A stretch of DNA of 64,000 bases, taken from assembly GCA_973895155.1 (NCBI GenBank), contig OZ316897.1, positions 7,616,470 through 7,680,469 on the forward strand. Direction: 5' to 3'. The translations under genes and the position numbers were made by a program. Position 1 is the stretch's first letter, and each line of letters starts with the position of its first letter. Source of the DNA: Marsupella aquatica. Its lineage: Eukaryota; Plantae; Marchantiophyta. Shown piece by piece: positions 1 to 12,110 of this stretch. The notes below the pieces were generated by a model. It saw nothing but the letters and a program-made list of their open reading frames with translations. It was not told the origin of the DNA and did not search any database.

Positions 1-231
1 GAGACTTTGTGAGTGCACCAGATGTGTGGGCCAAGTTTCTCAAAAATCTTATGTGTGTGCTCAACATATTGAGAGATATGGACGTCACAGGGGTCTTACT
101 CCGGGGGCTTCTTCATCCCATATGGTACGTGGATTTCAATTGTTTACCTTTTTTTCCTCATATTTTCATAAGTGAATCAATGTTTACACATATGGTTTTT
201 TGTGGGTTTTTGCATGGAATAGGGATCCAGT

Positions 232-1053
232 ATGCATAGACTGGTGACACCACCACCCTATGTCCCATCACAAGGAGTTTTAGATGCTATAGGCAATGCA
301 CTTTCACAAGCCTTGGGTGTAGGGATCAGTACCAATCATGGGACTGAAGAGGAACAGTCTCATGTGCCCACTGAGACACGAAGACCCCGGTCCAGGCCCC
401 AGTCCAAGAGGAGGCCACGAGCACCCAATGACCCATCAAGAACACTAGTTGAGGGTAGGTGGGGCATTTGTTCACTCACTGGCAAGTGTGCCTCTATCAT
501 CAAAGATTGGGATCCTATAACTCTTGGCTTGCCTTATTTTCCCGGTTATGATGAGGAGATTGTGGTTTGGGGTAGACGTTGGATTGTGAAAGCTTCCACA
601 CTTGGAGAGAGACACGGATATGGAGTATTTGCTTGTGAGGAAATCATCATGGATGATGGGAGTGGGTCAAGTGCTCGTGGTAGAGAGGGTCCTACTTTGT
701 TCCCATACAGTGGACCCATCTACAAGAGAAGACACTGGAACATGATCCTTGCACAACATCCTGAGTGGAAAATATATGCCCTAGAGATGGATACTTTTCA
801 TGGTAGCACTAGAAGGTATAGTGAATAGCGGGTGATAGATGGTGATCCCGTACGTAATGGGAATATTGCTGGCTTTATAAATAGTATTGTGGGGACTCGG
901 CCCAAGCGTAGGGCCAATTGTGAGTGGGTTTTTACTGATGGCCTAATGTTGGCACCATATGGAACAACATATCATAAGGACCATTGCTTAGTTCTTGCCA
1001 CTAGGACTATTAGAGCTGGAGATGAGTTATGCACACACTATGAGTGGGATTAG
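232..1053 (+). pseudogene. SET-domain protein (lysine methyltransferase fold), last exon, one in-frame TAG at 826-828
   Basis: WIVKASTLGERHGYGVFACEEI matches the N-SET GxG motif, GNIAGFINS matches RFINH, and LVLATRTIRAGDELCTHY matches ATRDIxAGEELxxDY. A probable upstream intron runs from GTACGT (~125) to TAG (~221), so the gene continues off-window. Confidence 0.75.
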
Positions 1054-1270
1054 GGAGCCATGTCATACATCCTCTTGTACCTTGTGTGGACTTCACACTT
1101 ATCATTGTATACATGTCCTCTGGCCTCATTTTGGAGTAGTATAATTTTGGTGTGGCCCTTCACTTAAGTTCTTAATGTGAATGCATGCAATCAATCCTTA
1201 AAACTGATTGTTAATTTGTCTTGAATGAATGGTCCGAAGTCTGTTTTTGTTGTACCTGGTGAAATATACG

Positions 1271-1352
1271 GGGTATTTACATAAGACAGGAAACAGGAAA
1301 ACAGGAAAACAGGAAAACCCAAAACAGGAAATGATGACAGGAAACAGGAAAC
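1271..1352 (+). repeat. Left terminus of MULE with array of ACAGGAAA motifs
   Basis: ACAGGAAA(A) occurs about 7 times at 1286-1352 and is mirrored by TTCCTGT motifs at 12729-12775. Confidence 0.8.
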
Positions 1353-1632
1353 CGAATATAGGGAACTTCAGCGAAGAATGCCAAAAACATTTCTGGTGTG
1401 AACAAAGAGCTTGACATTCAAAACAGGGACATTTAGAACATTCGAGTCGAATGCACAAAAAATGGTCAAGAATAGCGCCAGGCGCTTGTTTAATAAGCTT
1501 ATGGGAACTGTATATTTAAAACCTTTTTGACCGCATCCGTTAGCGAATAGCAAATCCGTCCCAAAGAACAAAAACTCATGTACAAGAAGATATCGAAGAA
1601 CGTGCAGCGTCTCGGTCGGGCAAGTGAGCACA

Positions 1633-1830
1633 CTAGCGCCTGGCGCTAGTTCTCTCGGTTGTGGAAGAACCATTGTCATCCTCGATGCCAGCCTTACATG
1701 TGGCTGTGTTGGGAGTAAAACCGTTCTCACCATAAATGCCAAGGATGGCATTCTCTCCACACCTCTTCGGCAGAGGCGGGTACCGATGAACCAAATCCAA
1801 CCAATTTGCACATCCAACGCCAATCCTCAA
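1633..1830 (-). CDS. Small hypothetical ORF, paralogous at its C-terminus to 2151-2627
   Basis: Ends ENGFTPNTATCKAGIEDDNGSSTTERTSARR*; the stop codon is supplied by a palindrome copy. Confidence 0.3.
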   Translation of the reverse strand: MRIGVGCANWLDLVHRYPPLPKRCGENAILGIYGENGFTPNTATCKAGIEDDNGSSTTERTSARR

Positions 1831-2150
1831 TCCACAAAGTCTTGTGATAGAAAATTAATTTACTAATATGGTAGCCCCAGGCGCTTACAAAAGTTCAAAA
1901 TGATCCGAGGTGTCCACATCGTAAACCGAAGGATAGCAAAATTCAAAAAGCAACGCGCATCCTATGCCTATCGCTTGATACGACCGAGACGATAAACTAG
2001 CGTCAATTGTCAGATCTACAGACAAGCAATGACAAAAATGGGTAAGATACGTATGGAATAATCTGTAAGAGATAGATCAATTAAGTTGTTGCCATACGCA
2101 ACATCCGATTGAACTCATCAACACATTTTGCAAACTACGCAATGTCCATA

Positions 2151-2627
2151 CTAGTGCCGGGCGCTAGTCCGCTCATTCGTAGATGAGCCACAATCGTCGT
2201 CAATTCCAGCTGCAGATCGGACTGAATCCGGAACAAAACCATGCTCTCGGGTCCTGATGTAAGAGGCAGATGGACTTCGCTCGTCACCGCTTTGGGGAAA
2301 CACGCCAGGAATGGTGGTGTTCTGGAAATCTACACGGCCAAGTTCTTCCTGTTTCCTCATTTCATCCTCCCGAGTTGGACTATGGAGAGGAGGTGGCCAG
2401 TGAACAGAAAACCTTTCAGCAAACCTCCTTGGCGGAGAATCCCTCAGCCACGAGATCAGCGTTTCACCAGGACTAATCGCTTCGTCTTGCAGAAGGTTGA
2501 AGCGGTTGCGGAAGGCACTCGTTTCCGACCATTCGGGCTGTTCAATCATGGGAATCAAACTCTCTTCCGAAATGATCGTAGTGTGTCTTTGAAAGTAGGC
2601 CGCAGAGATCCTCCTTGGATTATCCAT
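2151..2627 (-). CDS. Hypothetical 158-aa MULE accessory ORF
   Basis: ATG-initiated ORF ending EHGFVPDSVRSAAGIDDDCGSSTNERTSARH*; similar to 1633-1830; stop codon within a palindrome copy. Confidence 0.4.
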   Translation of the reverse strand: MDNPRRISAAYFQRHTTIISEESLIPMIEQPEWSETSAFRNRFNLLQDEAISPGETLISWLRDSPPRRFAERFSVHWPPPLHSPTREDEMRKQEELGRVDFQNTTIPGVFPQSGDERSPSASYIRTREHGFVPDSVRSAAGIDDDCGSSTNERTSARH

Positions 2628-3122
2628 GGCAAGTCAGCGAAAGAGCTCAAACACAATTGAAAGTGGAAAGCACTATTAAGATGATAATGGCGGATCACCA
2701 TGAGAACTGATGCAATATAGGGCATTCAGGACTTAATCGCTCAAAGTTTATAGGGATTATGGTGTAACCTCGTGGCGACCTGAACCGCCCGCTCCATCCC
2801 GAAACGGTGGTAGCACCCTCAAACTCCCATTATGGTCTAAAACGGAAATGGTCGACTCAACATCAAACGGTCGTTTTCACCACGCATGACCATAAAGACA
2901 GACCAGACAAAAGATTAACGGGAAAATTTGATTGACGTCATATACAATTATAGTAGCGCCGGGCGCTACTATTACAGAAAGTGTACTTCGAGTGGACACT
3001 CCATGGTTACAACTAACATATAATATCTTTATTGTACAATATTTATTGCATACATTTGGGTAGCGCCCGACACTAGCATAGTTCCACTAAAAATACACCC
3101 AAATTAACAACAGAGATCCAAG

Positions 3123-6100
3123 TTAATCTGAGCACTCCGATTCACTGGATTCGGACCTGTCGATAGATTCTGCCTCGATGTCTAAAAATTCGCTCTTGGC
3201 CATATCATCCACAAATAGGTTCCACATAAATTTTCTATCAGACCCCCTCCTTAATCTCAAGCCCTTATTCTCCCAGTGCAGGTTCCACACACTGTCAACT
3301 TTTCTAGCAACATTTTCAGCATAGGAAGGTAAGACAAATGGTTTCTCGGGAGTTTCAATATATTGCCTAGCTACTTTCCGTCTGAGTTGGAAACGCCAGC
3401 GAAGATTCCAGTCTGACCTGAAGAGGAGAATATTGGATTTGATGTCAACGGCCAAAATATTTGCAAAAAAGGAAATAAAAAATATGGCATCAAAGAGAGA
3501 AGAAGGGAATCGACCGTAATAAAAACCGGGTTAGCTTATGAGCTTACTCGGTAGTTTCTTACTCAGAAGAGTCTCCGCTGTCACTCCCTCCATTAGATTC
3601 CGGATCTTCTCCGATTAAAGACACTCTAGGAATGTTCGAATCCTCCTCTTCTTCTTCCCCCTCTCCTGCTTCATTCTCATCTTTGGAGTCAAAATTTAAT
3701 ACTGATTTAAGTTTGTCTCTCTTTCGTTTTCCAAGCAAGGCTTCGGAGGGGCTTTGGACTCAGATACTTTGGGAGTTAGAAGGTCAAGAAATATTTTTGA
3801 AGCGGTTTCAACGAACTCCTTCCTATTCTTGAGCCCAATTACAAATTGACCACAATTATCACCTGCCACAAATGACTCCCAGAACCTATAGCACAATCCA
3901 GAACAATATCTCCGGGACACGTGATTAGTTCCAGAACAGACTGCATAAACCCTGGATGTAGTCTGGCATTCCCAGAAAATTCAAGCTCTGGAGTTGTATC
4001 CACCTTCGCAAACGGAAGTCCGATCAGATTTGTGATAGAGGGATCCTCTGTTCTTGAAAGAGGTTTGAACTTAGGATCCTTTGGGACTTTCACCTTGGAT
4101 GATACCCGACAAAATACATCCAAACGTAAAGTGAATACCTGAAAAGGGAACATGAACAAGTAAGAACCTAAGAATTGTAATAGCGCCGGGCGCTAGCAAA
4201 GGATTAAGAGTATGATTAGTAGTGTACCTAGGAAAAGATGAAAATTTCTAATCGAGTAATACATAAAATGAACAGCGCCTGGCGCTAGCAAAACTTTGAA
4301 AGTGTGAAGAATAGATTTACCTGCAAATCAGACTTGGCCTTGTACATGGGGAACCCCATGACAACATTATGTGTACACAAACATTGGAATTTCTTAGACT
4401 CTTGACATGCTGAGATGACCTGTGAAATCTGGTCATACTCCCCTGTATGGAGTATCGCAATAATTCCGTCATCCGACAAAAAGGGATCCATTGCTCGGAG
4501 AAAACACCGGGCTAGCGTACAGTCGGGAACGTTCCATTTAGGGACCTTCCTATCAAGCAAAGTTGGTTTAAGCCCAATTGGCAAATAAATTAAACCAGCG
4601 TCTACACCAAAAGGCCTCTCTTTCCCACCCCTCACCACCCCTTTCAGTCGGCATCCCGATTTGATTAAGTCCTTCCCCCACTTTTCGGCATCATTAACCC
4701 ATTCTGGCTTCTCCTCCTTGTTAAACACATTGTCCACTAATTCACTGACACTGGTCTCAACGAAACAATGACGAGATGCCTTGGATTTAAAATTCCCAAC
4801 ATCACGTTGGAGCCCGGTGGCCGCCAGAGAATCCCTTTCTGATTGCCCAGCACCGCGAGTCCTCTTGCTTTTCGTCTTTGTACTCGTTGCATCAACTGGT
4901 ACAATTGATTTTCCAGAATTAACTGGTGTAAGTGGATCTGGCAAAGCGCCAGTATTTGCTTCTGAAGCTTCCGAGGTAACCTTCGTATCATTAGTGGCAT
5001 CTGCATCCGACTTCTTTTGACCCGTTCACACATTGCAGAGAATGTGGGATTAGTGTCAGAAAGAAAATACATGGATTAAGGTTGAAGTACAGGAATAGTA
5101 GCACCAGGCGCTAGCAAAGAACTAAACTAGGTCTGAATGGAAACGTACATTTTTTCCCGGATCACGTTGATGCACTTGGCAGTGTTGTGTCTACTTTCAC
5201 TTTCCCTCTCGGCTTGCGGCTCCTGTCTACATGGACAACTACTGTCTCGCAGATTGTTTGTAACTCAGTAGATGATTTGTCGACGTCGCTCAGGAGCCCT
5301 TGCTTCATCTCAGAAACTATGTTGGGAAGAATCTGCAACTTGGCTAGTTTAAGAAACCAATCCTTCTCCACTTCGTCAAATGGTGAATCCCACTTGTCTG
5401 TGTCAAGATACCAAGGGCAGTGAATTCTTTCCCACTCAGACATTTCCCGTGGTGGAAGTTTACCCTCGGTAGGATACATCGAATACAAGTCAGCAACATG
5501 ATCTCCCTCCTTTGCAACAATCCACTTGTGAAATGCGGCTGGATACGCCCAAAGCGCATCCGGGGAATGTACTTCCATCCATATGTAAAAATGATACAAA
5601 TACCTCTTGGCCCTCTTCTGATTTTTCTCTGTATATACCTCTTTATCAGGGTATTTTGATGGCCACATGGTGTTGAAGAACTTTGCCTTCACAAGATCCT
5701 CATATATACCTTCTGAACTCACTTGAAATAATTTCAATCTGACCCTCTACTGAGTCACACCCTGAATGGGCAAGCCTATCAACTGGGAGTGTTTCAATGG
5801 CTGCGGAAATTGCAGACTGCAACATCCCAATTGCGATTCCCTCGACGGTATTCCAGGTCTGCCATGTGTGACACCACTGCTTCACAGGATCATCATTCAC
5901 ACTGGCAGGGTGGAAGAATTGTTTTCTCAACTCTGGAGTACATTGAGCAACAAGCAAAGTGCATCTCAATTTTGGATCGAGAGCAGAAACTGCTGTGAAT
6001 AGTCTAGCACGGTCCATAGTACAAACAACCGAATCAGGGTTTTTTCTCTCGCTTGTTCTTCTCCGTCAATACGTACATCTCTGCACAAGTACCTAGAAAA

Positions 6101-7185
6101 TCTTCAAACTCATGACTAAGAAGAGGAGTGATTTTGGATGTTTTCGTAGACCAGTCTTTGGTGGCCTCTTTCAACATGAGTGACTGCCGCTTTGCGACCT
6201 CATCAGCCGACCAAGGATTGCCTTGACTTGCTGCCAATGCCATGTCCATCTTGAACTGGTTAGTGTAAGCTTTGATTTTGTTTTCGCACAAAATATAAAC
6301 AAGAGCTTCCAGGGGCATTTTCCGTGTGTACCAAGAATGTTTTCGAGTCTTCTGTTTTATATACTCAAACTTTGCATAATTGGCGCTGTCAATTATTGAC
6401 TTATAGTACTCTAGATCGTGAGAGAGAATCCTTTGGATTCTATCTGTGTCAAGGATCCAAGATGGTTCAACAACGGCCTGCCCTAACCTGCAATAGGCCA
6501 TGTTTGAAATTAGTAGCGCCAGACGCTAGCATAAAAAACACTCTCTGTAGTATTAATTTAACAGCAACGAATTGTGGAAATGTTTAATTACAAGTTTGGG
6601 CCAAATTACTTACTGGTTGACTGTGTGCATAGCCGCCTCAATCTGAATTTGCGAAGCTTTATCACCCTTGAAAATGGTGCAGAGAACTTTGGGATGATAC
6701 TTGACATTGTCTGGATTTTCCTTTGTGACCATAGTCCACGAGTAAAGTCGGTGATTCCCATCAAACACTGAGAACATTTTGTCTTTCAAGATCGTAAAAG
6801 CTGGATTTGCCTCGCATTCTAACTCAAATTTCTCGTTCTCAGCAACCCAAATAGCATCCCAAGTCTCCCTAATCTTGTCAGTGCATATCTGCTCCACACC
6901 ATCGGAATTGGTTGGTTGCACAAAAAACCGCATTCCAATCCTTGGATTGTAGCCACTACTTCGGAACGAGTCTTTCAATTTCTCAATTGACGCACTCTCC
7001 TTCTGAAGCGTCCACACTACCTCCATGTGGATCAACCAACAAAGCGGAATCCTGGGTGGTTCCTTCTCGTTTCCCCAGAAATCTTTTCCAAATGACATTA
7101 TGTGTCGCGAGATGACTTCATCCATCCCTAATCCAACCTCGTTGCCCTCTCCCAGCGCGTAATCGGTCATGCTATCCGTGTCCAT
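3123..7185 (-). pseudogene. Spliced gene: ParB/Sulfiredoxin-like N-terminal domain + beta-class amino (N4C/N6A) DNA methyltransferase-like domain; frameshifted
   Basis: ParB-like: IEKLKDSFRSSGY...FSVFDGNHRLYSW (~6736-6990). MTase-like: VDAGLIYLPIG (motif IV position, ~4573-4606), FLRAMDPFLSDDGIIAI, then HPGFMQSVLELITCPGDIVLDCAIGSGS/SFVAGDNCGQFVIGLKNRKEFVETA (~3800-3960). GT-AG introns at 6488-6613 and 4139-4320; probable introns at ~5033-5148 and ~3460-3547 with mutated acceptors. Frameshifts near 6030, 5720 and 3875. Start could be as far upstream as 7458. Confidence 0.75.
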
Positions 7186-7459
7186 TCGGACCCTTCTGGA
7201 CTTCTGGAGTGGTAGTGTTGCGTTGAAGGAAGTGATTGCTCCGCTCGACCTTGTAACTTGATGCGAGTAAAATGCCCAGAGAACGAAGATTGTGTAGACT
7301 CGCAATGACCGAGATCTTCCTCTGGAACTGTGGTATACCCTCTTGGAGAGCTTGGGGCGCTTGAAGGTTGCATTGTGGAGCATGTCAATACGTGAAGGTC
7401 TCTGTACGACACAGAGCCAGTCTCTACCCTCACGCTCTGAACAAATTACCGTACACAAA

Positions 7460-8270
7460 GAACTACATAAAACCTTTAAAACTTTTCCATCATAGTGTTG
7501 TTGACATCATGTGACGGAGAACGAGAAGGATTGAAAGAATCTCACTGACCAATCCAAACAAGGACAAGTGGCAAGGACTGTTTGAAATGAGTAGAATTAA
7601 CGTCTATTTTCAAAGTCATTTGTGGATGTAGCGATGAACGGGAGTGTATCGTTAAACAATCCAGCGGAAAACAACACAAAGTAAGGAATTCTTTCATACA
7701 TGTTACCGTTAGATGTAACCGTTGGGCAAACCAAAGTCATCTCCATGGATCCTAGCGCCCGACGCTAGTATAAAAAACCATTAAAAAATACTCTCATACA
7801 TGACGATGACATGGAGGAGATTATGTCAGCCCCGGGCGCTAGCTATGTATACCCCTTATATTTTCCCAAGAAGTACCGATTCCGATACAAAATCAAATGT
7901 TTATTGATTTTTTCAGCAATTCCATCAAAATCAACAAAATATTTCACTTTGACTTGACAGTCCGCCAATGATAGCGCCTGGCGCTAGCACGTTCAGTCTG
8001 GTTTCTAAGTTGAAACCCAAGTACTTCTTTATGGTAGCGTCGAGCGCTAATAATTATCTGATCGTGATTTTTGCACGTTACCGGTAAGTAGTGTTGTTGG
8101 CAAAATGACAAACTACATTTATGTGTCTGCACCTAACGACTAGTACCCATTTTGTCGTTTACAAATGATAATCTTCTGAGGTTCGGAATGAGTTTACTTA
8201 ACTTAAGTGGAGTAATGTTCTCCTATTTTCTCAGTTCCTTTGTTTGTCAAATTAAGATCATTCTCCCCCA
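7460..8270. promoter_or_regulatory. Putative bidirectional promoter between ParB-MTase gene and transposase
   Basis: Non-coding gap between head-to-head genes; contains 4 palindrome copies (7753, 7827, 7972, 8035). Confidence 0.45.
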
Positions 8271-11200
8271 ATGTCTAATTCAGTCGAGCTTCTTCGTCCT
8301 GATACTAGGGAGATTGTAAGCATCCCTGTAGGTTCATCCGACACGTACAAACAGGTTAGTGAGAACTATCTTTGTGGAAGATTTGACGTTGCCATCAACG
8401 ACATCCATTCTATCAAACCTGACCATGCATCTGGAGAGGAGATAGATGATGCACTGTTTGATATCGATGATGGACTCAGATTTTGGCACCTCAACGCTGG
8501 AAAGAGATACATTATCAATATCCAACAACATTCCGTTCTGAATGAAATACATCCAGTTCCATTCATTGACCTTTTCGAGAGTGATGAGGAGGAGGTTGCC
8601 GTAGATTTGCAGACATCAGCCAATCCAAGACCTTCTATCAAGATAGAAGGTCACTCTCCTTCCGAGCCAAACGTTTCGGGGGGTGTTGTGTACCGCCGAA
8701 GTGCGATGGATGCCATTCTCAAATGAACTGGCCATAGTGAACTGTCGCGGTTCATCCGAACAAGTTATTTCAGGCATGAGCAGGTGAATTGTCTACCAAG
8801 TAAATACAATGGAAATGTTGTGTTTGAATTGCCTCCGGCAGAAGGTCTGCTATCAAAAGGTTCAAGGCTCCGTGACATGGACAGGCCTAAAGACTGCTAC
8901 TTCTGGACACGGATATTTCCAACTTCTGCGAATGTCCAACCTAAAAAGTTTTGGGAATTTGGTAAAGTGACGTGTACTGGTGCGCTCGAATGTCAAAATC
9001 AGAAATGTGATTATCTGTTGCGGAAGAAAAGAAGAAATTCAAAAGCTTGGGATGGGACACCCAAACTTGCTGGGCCACATACCGTGGGAAAGATTATTGA
9101 GGAGGGTGGAGTTGTTTGTCACTACTGCCAACAATTGCCCTTTTGTACTGAAACTTGTTCAACAATGCTTTTTTATATGTACCCGCAATTACTTCTCGAC
9201 GCGGATACATGTAAACATATGTCGCGTCTTGCTGTGCATGTCAGAACTCATGCGCATCCCAGTCGTAAAGTTTTTTCTTGAGGTGTGGAAAAGATTGCTC
9301 ATGAGTTCATAAAGAAGCAACATGAAGCTACACCGTGTGCCACACCATCGGGTATGAAGAATGCCATAACTGGATCTTTAAGGAAGGCTCTCTGTGTGTC
9401 CAACAATGACATCGGAGAATCGGAGGAAAGAGAAATTTGGGAGTCGTTAATGGTTGTTTCGACCCCTCAAAAGTTTGCATCTCTTTTTTGGAGTGTTCGG
9501 CAAGACCAAAAAGGTAAAGGTGAGTTAGAGTTTCTTGTGGAAATGCAGAAATGCATAAATTTCCCTTTCTACAATGTTACATGCTCCCAGGTCAAGGCTG
9601 TAAGGAGGAGAGGCCACATATTTTCAAAATGACGATAAAAGGGCACGGATCTGGAGTTGATTTGTTGTGCCAAATGCAACCTGGAGGTCGACTAGAAGGC
9701 GCGTGGGTTAGTTTTGATGTGATGAGGAGAATGACCAAGGATTGGATAACTTTTAGCACTCATGTTTATGATCACAATTACCGGGCTCTTTGCACAATTT
9801 TCACATGTGAGTTGAAAGCTGAAGATTCTGAGTCGTTAGAAAAAGCCTGGAAATTGATGATTGAGGTTTGCCATGAAAATGGGTTAGACAACGTAGTAAT
9901 CCATGGATTCATGGCTGACAATGCTCAAGCTGGATGGAATGTTGTTCGGAACGTGTTTTTTGGTGGACATCCTAACCCGGAAAAGGAGCGATCAGATGCA
10001 TTTCACTTCTATCAATCGTTTCATCATCATTCAATTGAAGGAGTATTGGAAGAAAAACGAGAAGAGCACCGGAAGATGTGGGACTCTTTAAGGAACGCGT
10101 CAACATTTCTTGGAGCCTACAAAATTTCCAGGGAAATCGACGTGTGGTGGAGATCAAGGAATTGTGTTCCAAGAAAGCTTCAGATACTCCAAGGTTGGCT
10201 TGCGTGGTGGGTGGTCCGATGGCGTCAATGGGGAAATTTCATTCATTTGGTGAGTTTCAACATCCATTAACAAGTAAACACTCGAAATCAAGATTAAAAA
10301 GAAGGAATCAAACAAAGTCATACTAGCGCTTGGCGCTATCATTATTTCCAATGACTTTCGTGTCCCAGTTCCACTCCAATATTTGCCCAAGTTTTGATAC
10401 TAGCGCCCGACGCTAGTTTTATTACCCACTTGTTACTCGTATTTGTCCATATTCTAGTGTGAATGGTGGTAGCGCCAGGCGCTGGCATTGATTAAACCCA
10501 AAAACCTAACAAAATGATTTGGTTCAAATGTTTCTTTATTGAGTGCAGTGACTAAGCCATATTTCCTAAACTGTGCTCCAAATGTTTTATGCAGAACAAA
10601 AGCGTAGAGGAAAGCGCTATGATTCCTAACTGTACTACTTTAGAGGCGGCACATTCCATAATGAAGGCTTGGCAAACTAAGAAAAAGGCTGGTCTATTTG
10701 AAGCATGTGAGATGGATCAAAATAGGGCTCTTTCACAAGTTGCTGCGTATACGGCGTATAAGAGAGGTCTTAACCGAGGAACCGGACCTACAATTTGGGA
10801 ATTGGCATTCCGTTCGGCAGACCAGGCAATTTCTTCAAAACTTTTCCAAGATGCTTCCAATATGCTTCTTTCCGGTGCGGCTGAATTCGACCTGGAAAGG
10901 AGTGGCCCTCTCAATGGGGATGTTACCACAAAGTCTATGAAGAGGAAAGGTCAAGCCTCTGGGAACATCTCGGCACAAGACTCCCATCGGCATGACACTA
11001 TTCTTGTAACATCACCAAATACTCGAGGCATGAAAAGGAAAAACTTAAACAAGACTGAATTCTCCCCCGTTGCATTGGGTCCTGTTCACCATGACATTGG
11101 CGTTGTGGACCTGTCAGAAAGTGAAATTGAAGAAGGCAGTCATTCGAGTACTCCGCCCTGGAGGAGGTCAACAAGGTCGTCTGCAGCCCCGCAAAGTGCA

Positions 11201-12110
11201 CCTCCACACCTCCAAAAGGTTGTCCATGACTCAGCTATGTTGGAGACAGATGTGCGACCAGGGGCGTGGCACCAAGAAGAGTGACAAGACATGGTGCAGG
11301 GCCTCAGTGTAATGGATCTCTTGGTGGAAAATTGGATCGAGATGAGTGTCGTAATCGTCTTAAAAAGGTTGGTTACCCGTCAATGGATGGTGTAGTTGGC
11401 ATTGTTGTCAAAGGATACCGCGTGTTCAGGGGAGAACCACACCCTGAGATGATTTGGTTTTGTCCCAATAGTGCATGCTATAAGAGCCGGCCCCGTCGTA
11501 ATGTGGTGAATCTTCCCCCATTCCTCATAGCCTGCCCATTTTGAAAGGAACTAATCTTTCCGAGGCTGAGGTCCAATTCCTGACTCAGCAAGGGATTGCT
11601 ATCAATCCAAAGGCTGGACGTCAGGCTGCTCCATCTCCTTTTGACTTGCGAATCAATGTGAACCTTTTCCCGGAGAAAATCAATCTCCTTGAGCCAAATA
11701 TCCGCCTTTAGAGCAGGAATGGTAAAAATACAATCCCACGTTCAAATCTTTCGCAAGGGCACAACAAAAGAATTGAATCCACAAACAAGGAGTCGATGAC
11801 CCTCGTTCAACAATTTGATGTTTATGTCGGGAACTCTTGGGGCAAACAATTTCAGATCCAAACCCAAGAGAGACTTCGCACGACAAACACTTATTGGGTA
11901 CAGATTTGCATTTTCCCATGTTGTTCTTGTGAGGACTTCTATCGTCGCCATTCTCATGGCAGGCCCTTCATGCCGTGCAAGCATCTCTATTAGGTGTATA
12001 CCAACGTCCTAAAACTAGATGTGGTGGATTCAACTTTGGCTAGTCAACCAATTCTGACTGTAGGTGAGGTGAGGCTCATTCTAGCTAGGCAGAATTCTCT
12101 GGACTTATAG
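8271..12110 (+). pseudogene. MULE transposase: GCM/WRKY-like Zn DNA-binding domain, DDE core, C-terminal SWIM finger
   Basis: KVTCTGALECQNQKC...CHYC...C...HVRTHAHP (GCM-like); WVSFDVM (D1); GFMADNAQAGWNVVRNVF...DAFHFYQ (D2 and CxxH-like motif); CTTLEAAHSIMK (E); CCSCEDF...MPCKHLY (SWIM). Intron 10250-10594 (GTGAGT...GCAG). In-frame stops at 8724, 9279, 11282 and 11991, plus frameshifts. Confidence 0.85.

Noticed and set aside
3123-7458. Bacterial contamination or prophage explaining the ParB-MTase
   Set aside because: The gene has spliceosomal GT-AG introns and lies within a TSD-flanked plant MULE nested in plant TEs.
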